DNA from: Actinomycetes bacterium
GTDB lineage: Bacteria > Planctomycetota > Phycisphaerae > JAACET01
Direction of reading: 5' to 3'
Assembly (NCBI GenBank): GCA_030614915.1
Contig: JAUXAG010000011.1
Span: 26,516-90,515, forward strand
Length of the DNA stretch: 64,000 nucleotides
Shown here: piece after piece, positions 47,611 to 58,123 of the stretch
Layout: every line of letters starts with the position of its first letter
Numbering within the stretch: position 1 is the stretch's first letter
Made by a program: the position numbers and the translations under genes
The notes under the pieces: generated by a model
The model's database searches: none
Told to the model about the DNA's origin: nothing
The model's input: only the letters and a program-made list of their open reading frames with translations

Positions 47611-48249
47611 ATGGCTGATATCAAACCGATACGTTTGGGCGTGTTGCTTTCCGGTTCCGGCCGAACCTTAGCCAACATCCTCAAGCTCACTGCCGCCGGA
47701 GAACTTTCCGCCCAGGTAGTCACCGTCATCAGTTCACGTTCCACCGTAAAAGGCGTGCAGATTGCCCGCGATGCCGATTTACCCTGTCATATTATTCGTA
47801 CCAAGGACCACCCGGATGTGGACCAGTTCAGTGCTGGCATTGTCGAGCTGCTCGATGCCGCCAACGTGGACCTTATCATCCAGGCCGGTTGGCTGTGTTA
47901 TTGGAAAATCCCCGACCGCTATCTGGCTCAAGTTATGAACATTCATCCCGCTTTGCTGCCTTCGTTTGGCGGCAAAGGCATGTGGGGCCATCACGTCCAC
48001 GAGGCCGTCCTGGCCGCCGGCTGCAAGGTCTCCGGCTGCACCGTTCATTTCGTCAACAACGAATACGACAAAGGCCCCATCATCCTCCAGCGAACTTGCG
48101 AAGTTGCCGAGGACGACAACGCCGACTCTCTTGCCGCCCGCGTCTTCGAGCAGGAGTGCATCGCCTACCCAGCCGCAATCCAGCTCTTCGCCGAAAACCG
48201 CCTGCAAATCATCCGCAATCGTGTCAAAGTCTTGGCCTCATTAGGCTAA
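47611..48249 (+). CDS. purN: Phosphoribosylglycinamide formyltransferase
   Basis: IRLGVLLSGSGRTLANIL N-terminus; SGCTVHFV formyltransferase motif. Confidence 0.9.
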   Translation: MADIKPIRLGVLLSGSGRTLANILKLTAAGELSAQVVTVISSRSTVKGVQIARDADLPCHIIRTKDHPDVDQFSAGIVELLDAANVDLIIQAGWLCYWKIPDRYLAQVMNIHPALLPSFGGKGMWGHHVHEAVLAAGCKVSGCTVHFVNNEYDKGPIILQRTCEVAEDDNADSLAARVFEQECIAYPAAIQLFAENRLQIIRNRVKVLASLG

Positions 48250-48295
48250 CCAATGATGACCTAGCCGAACCACCAGCCTCGTCCGAACCGCGATC

Positions 48296-48309
48296 GTAAG
48301 GGAGCGGAA
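48296..48309. repeat. Left 14-bp direct repeat (GTAAGGGAGCGGAA) flanking the low-GC cassette
   Basis: Matches 13/14 with GTTAGGGAGCGGAA at 49357-49370. Confidence 0.4.
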
Positions 48310-48413
48310 AATCGACGTCAGATTAACGGTACGGACGCGGAAATTGATAGACCGGTGTATGCCGTGTAAAATCTGACGGATGAGAAAACCCTATTAATGG
48401 AAGGACCAAACGT

Positions 48414-49361
48414 ATGAGCAAACGTAACAAAGCTATCGGAGACAAGCTACCGGACGCCCTAGTCCCACCAGCCAGCGAAAATCGGAGCATTGTGGGTGAT
48501 CTAATTAACTTCCGAGGAATGGTTTACGCGCCCATTAACGAGCAAGGCGTGGTGTTCCTCTTCGGGAAGGTCATGGAAGATCTCAATATGTACGTTGAAG
48601 AAATAAAGTCGGGCTTTCCAGATTGCATAGCCAGACGGTTCGTGGGAACGGGCTGGAGACGGGTGAGACTGGAGTTTGAGTTCAGTTCGAAGAACTTCAA
48701 AGATCATGGACACGATCCCACCGCCTGTGACATTGTTATCTGCTGGAGCCACGACTGGACCGATTGCCCCTTGGAAGTCATCGAGCTTCGAGAAATCATA
48801 AAGGGATTGGAAAACTGGTCAATAGAACGTCCGGGGGCAGGCAAGACCGATGCGAAGGAATCTCTAACGGCCAAGGAATGGTTTCAGAAACACCGAGTTA
48901 GGGAAGGAATCGAAAATCTTTTTGAAAAGATGGTCGAACAATTACAGAGCCTCAACGAGGAGGTGTTCTATAAGGTCGGGTCTTCCGCCGTGAGTATATA
49001 CTGTCCCGAACGGGTGATGATATATGTCTATCCAAGAAAGGCTGGTATACGCCTTGAACTTTTCACTGGAAATGAACCTCTGGGTGAGGTGAAAACGCTG
49101 AATAGCGAAGGTAAACCGACCAAATGGGGAGCCCTGACCCTCCAAAACCAGCACGACGTCGCGCGAGTGTTGCCTTGGCTTTCTGAGTCAATGAAGAGGA
49201 TCAAGGACGCAATATCGCGAAATGAGAATACCTCTTGGATGACCAAGATCGAGAATGACGTGACCGGCGCTGTTGCGAAGCTGGAGAAGGACAACGGTAA
49301 GCCCTTGCCAAAACGCAAGCGTAATCCGAACCACAACTGCAAGCCGAACGGTGACCGTTAG
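48414..49361 (+). CDS. Orphan hypothetical protein on a lower-GC cassette; possible PD-(D/E)xK-like nuclease core
   Basis: GC visibly lower than surroundings. Motif ...VVFLFGKV...GFPDCIA...RVRLEFEFSSK... is compatible with a PD-(D/E)xK beta-sheet core. No confident family assignment. Confidence 0.55.
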   Translation: MSKRNKAIGDKLPDALVPPASENRSIVGDLINFRGMVYAPINEQGVVFLFGKVMEDLNMYVEEIKSGFPDCIARRFVGTGWRRVRLEFEFSSKNFKDHGHDPTACDIVICWSHDWTDCPLEVIELREIIKGLENWSIERPGAGKTDAKESLTAKEWFQKHRVREGIENLFEKMVEQLQSLNEEVFYKVGSSAVSIYCPERVMIYVYPRKAGIRLELFTGNEPLGEVKTLNSEGKPTKWGALTLQNQHDVARVLPWLSESMKRIKDAISRNENTSWMTKIENDVTGAVAKLEKDNGKPLPKRKRNPNHNCKPNGDR

Positions 49362-49370
49362 GGAGCGGAA
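49357..49370. repeat. Right 14-bp direct repeat (GTTAGGGAGCGGAA) overlapping the cassette gene stop codon
   Basis: See the left repeat. Confidence 0.4.
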
Positions 49371-49627
49371 GCTATGGCCTCCGGGACGGATGCTGGCGCC
49401 TCGTCTGCAAATGCTCCCGGCCCGAATGTCGGGGGCGTTAGAAGTGAAGAAACCCCCGGTGAAACCGGGGGATAAATATAGCATGATCCACAGAACCTTT
49501 ATGCACCTGCCATAAAGTGTGGCGTTGCCTCTCTGCGCAAAAGCTGCTAGCATATCTGTCCAGTCGGCTCGCGTGTAGCCTAAAGCGATGTAACGGACCC
49601 TCTTTCTCTGCGCCCGGGTTTACAGGC

Positions 49628-52600
49628 ATGAACGATTCTGATACATCTTCAACCTCACAGCCTCAGCAGGAGCTTAGCCGAGCCCCTAAGCGTCGCCGCA
49701 GACGCCGTTGGCTATATCTTGTTGTTTTGCTCGTGCTGGCCCTGGCGGTCCTCGCTTATGCCCTGCTGCCTTGGCTGATCCCCACGGATTGGCTCAGAAG
49801 CCGGATCGTCGCTGGAATCCAGGACCAGTTCGGCCGATCCGCCTCGATATCCTCAATCGAAATATCCTGGTCCCGCGGCATCATCGTCCGCGACATCACC
49901 ATTGATCGCCTGGAGCAATTCGGCCCGGGCTTTTTTCTAAAGGCCTCCCGCCTCCAGTTGGACTTTCGCCCTTTGCGCCTGCTCTTGCAGCACCGCCTGG
50001 GCAGCGTACGCGTGGATCAGCCGCAGTTATGGATCGTCGCCGACGCCGCCGGCAGATTGAACCTGACCTCCCTGCCACCACTCGACACCCAGGAGGACGC
50101 ATTTGAGCAAATTACCATAACCAATGCGAATCTGCAGTTTGTCGATCAGATTCACGCCCGCGAAACTCACCTGGCTATACCGCAGATCAACATTGCACGT
50201 GATGCTCGCAGCGGCCAATATACTTTTATCGCCCAGGGCGCCCCGGCCAAAACTACCGGCCAACCTCTCTTCAGCCTGCGGGCTAATTTCACCCCGCCCG
50301 GCAGCGGACCCGATCTGCAGGATATTCCGGTCAGAGGATCGGCGGAGTTGCTTTGGTCGGATTTTGATTTGGCCGCCGTACCACTGCCGCGATTGTCCAA
50401 AGTGGACTGCCAGGTCCTCAGCGGAACCACCAGCGGCCGGGCCAGATTGGAGCTTTACTCACAGGGCCGCGTCGAACTCTCCGAGTGCACCGCGGGAATA
50501 GATAAGCTCCGTCTGCAAGTAGCTCAAGTTTCCGAGCTGCCTCAAGCCACGCAGCAGCCCTCCGCCCCGGCCCAGATATCCATCCCTCAGGCCCGCTTCG
50601 AGCTCCACGGCTCCTACGAGTTTGTCTCCGGTGAGCTGACCGTCCAGACCCTCAGCGGGACGCTTGCCGGCCTGGATTTTAGCTCATCGTTACAGGGCCG
50701 ATTCTTCCCAGCCGAGCGAACCTTTGCTCCCAGCGACGCTTCACTTGCCCTTACGCTCCAACCCAGCAGACTCCGGGAGCAGTTTCCCTTTTTGGATGAG
50801 TTACTTTCTGAACATAATTTGACAATCACCGGCTCCAGCAGTCTGGCGGTGGATTTCAATCAGAACGCCAGGATCGATCATCTGAGTTTTTCGATTGACG
50901 CTTCCGACACCGGCCTCCATGTGCCGGCTCTACTGCACAAATCAGCCGGTTTGCCTTGCCGAATGAAACTCTCCGCTCTCATTGACCACAACACCGCCAG
51001 CTTGACCCTGGATGAGCCCTTGGAAATTGAGTTGGCCTCCGGCCGTTTTTCACTGGATATGAACTTGGCCCAGCCGCTGCGGATGGCATCTTTTCTGGAC
51101 CTCCTTATTCGGCCCACGGAGATTATCGAACTTGGCGCCCGGCAGTGGCCCCAGGCGCAGATCGACACCAGCTTGGAGATTGCCCAACTCAGCGACCTTA
51201 TGCCCGTCTTTCCAGTGCTGGCCGGCGTGCTCTCGGGCAACGGATTCACCTTGGCTGGGCCCCTACATGCCGAGTTGCACTTAGTGCCTCTGCCGGCTGA
51301 TGACCCAGACTCCCCGAGCCAGCTGACCGCTGCCGTTTCTCTACCCGCTCAGAGTTCTCTACAATGCTTGCCCTATTTTAGCAAGCCGCCTGGTGAGCCC
51401 CTGGATCTTTCATTTGCCGCTCGCTTGGGCCCGGGCAGTTCACGCTTGGATGACCTGCACCTCTCCTGCAAGATCGGCCAAGCCACCCTCTCCGTAACCG
51501 ATGCTTTTTGTGCCCTCCAGTTTTCACCTGGGGACTGGGCCGATTTTACTCCTTCGCTGTCAACTGCCGGCCGGTTTCGCCTTGAAAACTCCGCAGTCTT
51601 GGCCCAAGCCCTGCCCGCACTGCAAGGGCTTAGCTTGGCCGGTGATTTAGTCGGCCGATTTGATCTCGCCTTTGACCCCCTGGTAAGTTTGCGTCTGGCC
51701 TTGGCCTTGGATGCTACCGACTTGGCCTTGCGTGTACCTGCAAACCTCGATATGGCGGCCGGAGATCGTTCTGAGCCTGCTGTTTTATTTCAGAAGTCCG
51801 CCCTTACCCCGGCCATGCTAGACCTGCAGTTCCAGCTCGACTTGCCGGCCGACAACAACCCCCAGGCCAAGCCTCTATCCTGGCTCGAATTCACTGCCGG
51901 CAATGCAGCCACTGCTGCCTTCCAGGCCAAGTTGAACTGGACGCTTGGCGACTCGCTCGGCTCGATTGAGCTCAATCACCGACAGCTCCCAAGCAAGGAT
52001 GGTTTCGGTTTTGATCTAGCCCTTTCAAAAATTGACTTGGACAGCTTGGATGAAAACTTCCCTTTGTTGGCCTCGGCTTGTGAGCCTTATCAACTTGCCG
52101 GCAGTGTCGCTCTGAAGCTCAGCGGTCGGCTCAGCCCCGAACTGTCGCTCGAAAGCCTGGATTTCGCTGGGGATTTCACCGCTGCCCAGTGCGTCCTGCC
52201 GATCGCAACTGGCCAATCCAGCCTGTCCAATCCACCCGTTATTATGCGAAAATCAGCCCAACTGTCCCTCACTCTGCAAGCTCGCCTCAGCGCCGAAGAT
52301 TATGATGAGCAAGGCCGCCGACGCCTCAAAATCGAATCCGCCCAGTTGAACTTTGTCGGCTCGCAATTGAATCTTGCCGGCAGTGCCCTCTTGGCCGGCC
52401 CCCTCGAGAGCCCCAGCCATAGTCTTATGCAATCCGTTTTGCGATTTGAGCCATTTATCTCGGCCCAGTTCGACGCCGACGGCACTGTCGTTTTTGATGC
52501 AGATCTTTTCACTTTGTTTCCACCTCTGGAGGCGGTCCATCGTCGAATGGCATTGACTGGCCTTGTGAATTACAGCTTCCAATTTAGAGCTGAGCCCGGC

Positions 52601-53914
52601 CAGACTTACTTGGCAGCTAAACTCAGGAGCGGTTCGGAGCCCCTGAAGGTGGGCCCATTTGAGTTTGTCAAGGCAGAGAATCATCTGCGGTTATTCTTCA
52701 AGCCAGACACCGATGAGTTGGCTGTATCTGGCGCTTCGCTGGAATTGAACGTGCTGGAGTTGAATCTTTTCGACGAACCGCTGCGATTATCAGCTGAGTT
52801 GGCCCTAAGCCAAAGTCAGCTCGACGTCTCGGATTTGTTTATTACCCTGGGAGATTCCTCCGGACATTTCACCGCCCATCTGGAGGGCATCGCCACCGCC
52901 CCGGCCGGATATGTCAGCTTCTACAGTCCCCTGATTGACCAATCTCGCTTGGGGGATTTTGCTGCTAAGTTATCTTCCTTTGTGCAGCAGCAAATCGGCG
53001 GGCAGAGCTGGGCCCCTGATGATCAAGCATCGTCGGCCGCGGATGAATCGCCTGCTCGCGAGCAAGCCCCCCCCGTCCTGCAATTACCCCCTATGGATAT
53101 TACTTTCCGGGCCGAGTGTGATAAGTTTCTCGTTAGCCTTCCGGATGTTTCGGCAAAGTTTATCCTCCAGCACCTAACCTTTGATTCCCAGCTGACTTCT
53201 GCGTCCCTGACGGGCCGGTTCGCCATGGCTGTCAACGGCGGACGTCTCGGCGGCGAACTCAGCATCCTCTTTGACAAGCCCGGTTTACCCCTCTCTTGTC
53301 GCTACGAGGCCCTGGACCTGATGGCCGACGAAAACATTGTTCCTTTGGTCTCACAGGTCTTTCCAAACATGACCGTTCAGGGAACAATAACCGAGTCCCG
53401 CAGTATCACAGATTATTATATTCTCAGGGGCAAAGATCTGCCCCCCTTCCCCCAGGAGCGGGGCCTAACCATCCTGCACGACGGAATGGTTGTAGGGCCT
53501 ACCGCGCCCCGCTGGGTTATCTATTGGTTTCCAAAGCTTTCGCTTACTGAATATCCTTTCGAGGTGGCCCACAATGTTTTCAGCAGAGACCCCAAGAGCG
53601 GACGCATGAGAAACGACATGGTTTTCCTCGGCAAGGGCAAATACAACATTTATATCACCGGCAAGACCATGGCTGATAACACCACCGATTACACCTTGGG
53701 TGTGGATATGTCTCCGGGCTTCGTGGGCCTTGAACAGCGACACACCTGGAGGCAGTCGCGAGTGCCTTTACTCAGCTACACAGGACAGATTGTTGACCAC
53801 AAGTGGACCAGCCAAACAGCGAACTTCACCTGGCCTACGCGGGCTGCCTGGGATATTCTTATCAAGAATAATGCCCTGAGAACTCTCATTGAGCAGCGCC
53901 GCCAGGCCGAGTAG
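49628..53914 (+). CDS. AsmA/TamB-like giant envelope protein (1428 aa)
   Basis: N-terminal Arg-rich segment + TM + AsmA-like (LIPTDWLRSRIVAGIQDQFGRSASISSIEISWSRGIIVRDITI) region. Start at MNDSD (ATG 49628) preferred. Confidence 0.65.
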   Translation: MNDSDTSSTSQPQQELSRAPKRRRRRRWLYLVVLLVLALAVLAYALLPWLIPTDWLRSRIVAGIQDQFGRSASISSIEISWSRGIIVRDITIDRLEQFGPGFFLKASRLQLDFRPLRLLLQHRLGSVRVDQPQLWIVADAAGRLNLTSLPPLDTQEDAFEQITITNANLQFVDQIHARETHLAIPQINIARDARSGQYTFIAQGAPAKTTGQPLFSLRANFTPPGSGPDLQDIPVRGSAELLWSDFDLAAVPLPRLSKVDCQVLSGTTSGRARLELYSQGRVELSECTAGIDKLRLQVAQVSELPQATQQPSAPAQISIPQARFELHGSYEFVSGELTVQTLSGTLAGLDFSSSLQGRFFPAERTFAPSDASLALTLQPSRLREQFPFLDELLSEHNLTITGSSSLAVDFNQNARIDHLSFSIDASDTGLHVPALLHKSAGLPCRMKLSALIDHNTASLTLDEPLEIELASGRFSLDMNLAQPLRMASFLDLLIRPTEIIELGARQWPQAQIDTSLEIAQLSDLMPVFPVLAGVLSGNGFTLAGPLHAELHLVPLPADDPDSPSQLTAAVSLPAQSSLQCLPYFSKPPGEPLDLSFAARLGPGSSRLDDLHLSCKIGQATLSVTDAFCALQFSPGDWADFTPSLSTAGRFRLENSAVLAQALPALQGLSLAGDLVGRFDLAFDPLVSLRLALALDATDLALRVPANLDMAAGDRSEPAVLFQKSALTPAMLDLQFQLDLPADNNPQAKPLSWLEFTAGNAATAAFQAKLNWTLGDSLGSIELNHRQLPSKDGFGFDLALSKIDLDSLDENFPLLASACEPYQLAGSVALKLSGRLSPELSLESLDFAGDFTAAQCVLPIATGQSSLSNPPVIMRKSAQLSLTLQARLSAEDYDEQGRRRLKIESAQLNFVGSQLNLAGSALLAGPLESPSHSLMQSVLRFEPFISAQFDADGTVVFDADLFTLFPPLEAVHRRMALTGLVNYSFQFRAEPGQTYLAAKLRSGSEPLKVGPFEFVKAENHLRLFFKPDTDELAVSGASLELNVLELNLFDEPLRLSAELALSQSQLDVSDLFITLGDSSGHFTAHLEGIATAPAGYVSFYSPLIDQSRLGDFAAKLSSFVQQQIGGQSWAPDDQASSAADESPAREQAPPVLQLPPMDITFRAECDKFLVSLPDVSAKFILQHLTFDSQLTSASLTGRFAMAVNGGRLGGELSILFDKPGLPLSCRYEALDLMADENIVPLVSQVFPNMTVQGTITESRSITDYYILRGKDLPPFPQERGLTILHDGMVVGPTAPRWVIYWFPKLSLTEYPFEVAHNVFSRDPKSGRMRNDMVFLGKGKYNIYITGKTMADNTTDYTLGVDMSPGFVGLEQRHTWRQSRVPLLSYTGQIVDHKWTSQTANFTWPTRAAWDILIKNNALRTLIEQRRQAE

Positions 53915-53952
53915 TCGGCTGATATGACCACCGCTCTGGCTCCGAGATACAT

Positions 53953-56094
53953 ATGTTTGCCGTTGGAACCCAGGCACAATCTACCTTACCACCGGACCGC
54001 CGCCCGACTAAACCACCCGCGCCCCTGGCCCCATTACGGGCCGTTAGCGGGCCCTTCTGGCGAGGAAGAAATCTCCGCAGATTCCTGCTCGTTCTCGTTC
54101 CCTTCGCTTTGGCCTGCGCCCTGATCTACAAGATACTTTCCGGGCAATGGCTTGATTTTTATCCGTCCACTTACGCCCCCTGGTCGCTCGGTGGATCATT
54201 TCTGTTTCCGTTGAGCATTTTCCAGACACCCCACCAGGTCCTGATCCTGGGCCTGCTCTTGAGTTTGCTGATCATCCTGCCCATCTTCGCCGCTCAAATA
54301 TTCGGCGTAGCCCCGGCGGCTTTTTTCATCGCTTGTGTGTTTTGGCTGGGCCACCTTCCCATCCTGGCCCTGTTCTTGGCCGGGGCTGTTCTTCTGGCGG
54401 GCACCACGCCGCTGCTCAAACGCTCCAGGTTTTATGCCGGGCTTTTGGCCTTGCTGCCTTTGGTGATTTACCTCTTCTTCACCGTGCAGATCGTCCAGGC
54501 CTGGGCCGGCGCCGCTTATACCCCAGCCGCTGGTCCTACCCAAAGCTTATTGCCCCATTTGCTGACCTATCTGGTCGGTCCGACGGCCCTTTACATCTTG
54601 GGCCCGCTCTTTATGTTACTGGTATTCTTGGCCGGCCTACCCGCGGTACTGCGGCGAACTCGTTTCTATTCGCTTGTCCTGGTTGCTGTGGTTATCGCAG
54701 CTTACCTGGCCCTCAGCGCGTTTGTCTTGGCTCAACCGGGCAGATATCCCTCTGCCGCTCCGGTCTGCTCGGCTGCCGAGCTTGTTTGGCCGGAGATGAC
54801 CTTTGCCGCCCGCGACTCCAGAGCGGCCTTGGTCAACCTCAGTCCGATTCAGCAGAGCTGGTTATACGCCCCGGCTCTGCTGGCCGTCTGCCTGGCATTA
54901 CTTTTACTGCCGCTGCTGCTTTTGGCGGCTCGCTGGAGCAAACGGCCCAGTGCAGTATTGGCCTCGGCAACTACGGCCATTATTCTCCTTTCACTCTTGC
55001 TCTTTTATCCGTTGGTCGGTCCCGAGACGCTCGACTACGCTATTCTCAAGGCTCGTTTTGAGCCCGCTTCCGCTCTGTTGCGCGATTTTCCGGAGCTACC
55101 CAAATACAATCGTTATCTGGAGCAATATCGTCAGCCCAGCCCTTCCCCTACTTTGCAACAGTTGATCCGCAGGACTTTCAAGCGCATCATCGACGAATTT
55201 GACGAACGAGTCGTCCTTGCTAAAAGAGCCTGTGGACATTTCCTCGAGGATTACCCGCGTTCACGGCACAAGCCCCACGTATTGTATATGAAGGCCCTGA
55301 TCCAGGACGCCCGCCTCGACCGCCAACGTCTGGCCCGTCACGGCCGGATCTGGGTTTACTATAACTGTCCCTCCCCTCAGAGCAAAGCCGTCTTGCAGCA
55401 GTTGCTCGAGGAGTTTCCTGATAATGTCTTGGCATGTCCCGGCGGTTTGCAGTTGGGACGCTTGTTAGCTCGCGAAGGCCGTTTTGACGCTGCCTTAGTG
55501 GTTCTGGACCAGGCCCAGCGGGCCGGACGCACCTTCCTTGATGCCCAATCCACCCCGAATTCAGCCAAAACCTTCTCCAGCCGGATCGGCTTACCGCCGG
55601 CTGAGCTGATTTCCAGCGAACAAATCTCCACCTCGCTTCTCCGGACGGCTCAGTTGATCGAGCTGATCAGGACCAGTTACCACGACGCTCTCTACGGCTC
55701 TGAACCCTTGCGGAGATTTTGCACCAAGGACCCGCTGAGCCCTGATTACGTCGAGCAGATCGAAGCTATCCTCGCCGAGTTCCCCGACGCCTTAGTAGCC
55801 GATCATATCCGTTTGCAGATCATTCTTTCTCAGCCGCCCGCTCAGCAACTTTCTCTGCTCGAATCTGCCATCGCCCAGTTTACCGCCGGCTCAGCCGCTA
55901 AGGATGCTCTCTTTCACTTAGCTCAATTGGAGATGACTCTAGCCGGCTCGGACCCGCAGAAGGCCCAGCTTCGCCGTCGGGCCGCCGAGCATTTTCGCCG
56001 GTTCCTGGACAAATACCCCCAGGCTTATCAGCTGCAGTTGGTCAAGGATCAGCTCGACCGTCTGGATTTACTGACCCTCCCTAGCCACGAATAA
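53953..56094 (+). CDS. Polytopic membrane protein (about 10 TM) with C-terminal TPR-like helical domain
   Basis: Hydrophobic N-terminal 350 aa; helical Leu/Ala-rich C-terminus. Architecture reminiscent of GT-C/TPR (DUF2723-like) proteins, but not verified. Confidence 0.55.
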   Translation: MFAVGTQAQSTLPPDRRPTKPPAPLAPLRAVSGPFWRGRNLRRFLLVLVPFALACALIYKILSGQWLDFYPSTYAPWSLGGSFLFPLSIFQTPHQVLILGLLLSLLIILPIFAAQIFGVAPAAFFIACVFWLGHLPILALFLAGAVLLAGTTPLLKRSRFYAGLLALLPLVIYLFFTVQIVQAWAGAAYTPAAGPTQSLLPHLLTYLVGPTALYILGPLFMLLVFLAGLPAVLRRTRFYSLVLVAVVIAAYLALSAFVLAQPGRYPSAAPVCSAAELVWPEMTFAARDSRAALVNLSPIQQSWLYAPALLAVCLALLLLPLLLLAARWSKRPSAVLASATTAIILLSLLLFYPLVGPETLDYAILKARFEPASALLRDFPELPKYNRYLEQYRQPSPSPTLQQLIRRTFKRIIDEFDERVVLAKRACGHFLEDYPRSRHKPHVLYMKALIQDARLDRQRLARHGRIWVYYNCPSPQSKAVLQQLLEEFPDNVLACPGGLQLGRLLAREGRFDAALVVLDQAQRAGRTFLDAQSTPNSAKTFSSRIGLPPAELISSEQISTSLLRTAQLIELIRTSYHDALYGSEPLRRFCTKDPLSPDYVEQIEAILAEFPDALVADHIRLQIILSQPPAQQLSLLESAIAQFTAGSAAKDALFHLAQLEMTLAGSDPQKAQLRRRAAEHFRRFLDKYPQAYQLQLVKDQLDRLDLLTLPSHE

Positions 56095-56211
56095 GAGCAA
56101 AAACCTTCAATTTTCAAGACTGACTTGATATCATACTAGAAATGAGCCTTAGCGGCGTAGCTAAGCAAGGATATATGTTACATGGAAAATCCCAGCTAAG
56201 GAGTCTTGAAA

Positions 56212-58035
56212 ATGACAAGGACACATGAACAGCGCAATAGGAAAGGTTCATGGACCAAAACCCTCGCGATTCTGGTCTTCGGTTGCTTGCTGATTCCGCC
56301 CGTCGCCGCGTCTGCCGAATCCGTTCTGCAGGGGGGACCCCATTCCAGCCTCCAAGTCGAGCCAACATTCAAATTTGTCGTTATCGGGGATACCCGCACG
56401 GGGGTCTCTGTGTTTGAGCGATGCATAGCTGAAATCAATCTCCTGGCCCCCGACCTGGTGTTGGACGTTGGAGATCTAATCCCGGGCTACAGGGAAGATA
56501 TACGACAAATCATAGCTATGTGGGATGAATTTGACGAAAGAGTCAAGAGATTCCGGGTACCCTTTGTAATGGTAGCCGGTAACCACGATATCTGGGGGCG
56601 AGACTCCAGGAAGATTTACGAGCAGCGCTACGGCAAAACCTACTTTTCGTTTGATCATAAAGGTGTACATTTTGTTGTGCTAGACTCAGAGGCCTTCGAT
56701 GATAACGACAATATTCTTAATCGCATAGATGAGGAACAACTCAAGTGGCTGCAAAACGACTTGGCTTTACACCACAACGCCCGGCTGACGTTTGTTTTCC
56801 TTCATAAACCCTTCTGGCAAGGCCCGCGCTTTGATCAAGACGCTATAGAACACTGGTTCAAACGTGTCCATCCCATCCTTGCAAAGCATGGCGTTTCTGC
56901 CGTATTCGCCGGCCACTACCACATTTATGCGAAATTCCCTCCAGTCGACGGCGTGCATTACTATATAACCGGCGGTGGCGGCGCAGGGATTGGACCGGAT
57001 CCCACCATGGGTGATTTTCACCATTATTGTTTGCTGACCGTAAGTGGCAACGATTGGAAACTCGCCGTTATTAAACTTGGCTCGATCGAACCCGACATAA
57101 TCGTAACGGCTGATCCTGATCTTCAGGCACTAAGAGACAGTGTGACTGTCCCTGAAATCGTAGTTCCCGAATCCGCCGGTACTCTACCCATTGAGCTAAC
57201 CTTTGCTAATAGGAAGCCAAGAAGTCTCGATATAACGGTACGACCGAGCGACAGCCCTTCCTCACACTTTCGCATCACTCCGGATCACCTGACGGCCTCT
57301 GCAAAGGGCAACGAGGAGGTACATTTCAAATTCACGACCGCCATCGATCCTGAACATGCCTACCCCGTGCCGCAGTTCACTTTTGAAGTACGCGACCAAG
57401 GCAAGAAACCCCTACTATTTACCTGCGCAGTTCCCGTCAAAGCACATCGTACGACGACTTGTCGCAAAACATTGGCCCCGCCGCATGTCGACGGCAAGCT
57501 TGATGACACCGCCTGGGCAACCACTGCGCCCCTCTCAGCCTTCTTCACCCCACGTGGCGATCGCGAGACCAGCTTTCCCACCCAGGTTCAGTCAAGCTAC
57601 GACTCTAACAATCTCTACCTCGCTTTCCGTTGCCAGGAACCTAATCTTGCAGGTCTGGTCACCAAGGTCTCATCCCGCGACGGCCCGGTTTGGGCGGATG
57701 ACTCAGTCGAAATCTTCATCGACACCAATCTCGACCGCAAAACCTATTACCAGTTCGCGTTCAATGCCAAGGGTGTTGCCTACGACAGCTCGGGTACGGA
57801 TGAAAGGTGGAATGGCCAACATGAAGTAAGAGCCAGCCGCACAGCGGATGCATGGACCCTGGAGGTCGCCATCCCCTGGCGGACAATTGGCCTGAAAGCT
57901 CCAGAACCAGGCACAAAACTGGGCCTGGAAATTGTCCGAAACCGTGCACAAGGCCCCCCCGAGCTCACGCAGTGGTCCCCGACCTTTGCTTCAAACCACG
58001 TTCCCACGCAATTCGGAACGATGATTTTCAAGTAA
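56212..58035 (+). CDS. Secreted calcineurin-like metallophosphoesterase with C-terminal CBM9-like carbohydrate-binding domain
   Basis: Signal peptide. VIGDTRTG...GDLI...GNHD...GHYH metallophosphatase motifs. C-terminal DGKLDDTAWATTAPLSAFF....SNNLYLAFRCQEP typical of CBM9. AAGGAG SD 8 nt upstream of ATG 56212; the ORF-track start is TTG 56206. Confidence 0.75.
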   Translation: MTRTHEQRNRKGSWTKTLAILVFGCLLIPPVAASAESVLQGGPHSSLQVEPTFKFVVIGDTRTGVSVFERCIAEINLLAPDLVLDVGDLIPGYREDIRQIIAMWDEFDERVKRFRVPFVMVAGNHDIWGRDSRKIYEQRYGKTYFSFDHKGVHFVVLDSEAFDDNDNILNRIDEEQLKWLQNDLALHHNARLTFVFLHKPFWQGPRFDQDAIEHWFKRVHPILAKHGVSAVFAGHYHIYAKFPPVDGVHYYITGGGGAGIGPDPTMGDFHHYCLLTVSGNDWKLAVIKLGSIEPDIIVTADPDLQALRDSVTVPEIVVPESAGTLPIELTFANRKPRSLDITVRPSDSPSSHFRITPDHLTASAKGNEEVHFKFTTAIDPEHAYPVPQFTFEVRDQGKKPLLFTCAVPVKAHRTTTCRKTLAPPHVDGKLDDTAWATTAPLSAFFTPRGDRETSFPTQVQSSYDSNNLYLAFRCQEPNLAGLVTKVSSRDGPVWADDSVEIFIDTNLDRKTYYQFAFNAKGVAYDSSGTDERWNGQHEVRASRTADAWTLEVAIPWRTIGLKAPEPGTKLGLEIVRNRAQGPPELTQWSPTFASNHVPTQFGTMIFK

Positions 58036-58123
58036 CTAGAAGTCATCCCAAAACCTGCTTTCGCAGCAGAAATTGGGGGTTTGGGACGGCTTCTAAGTGC
58101 TTTCTTGTTAATCAACTCACTTC

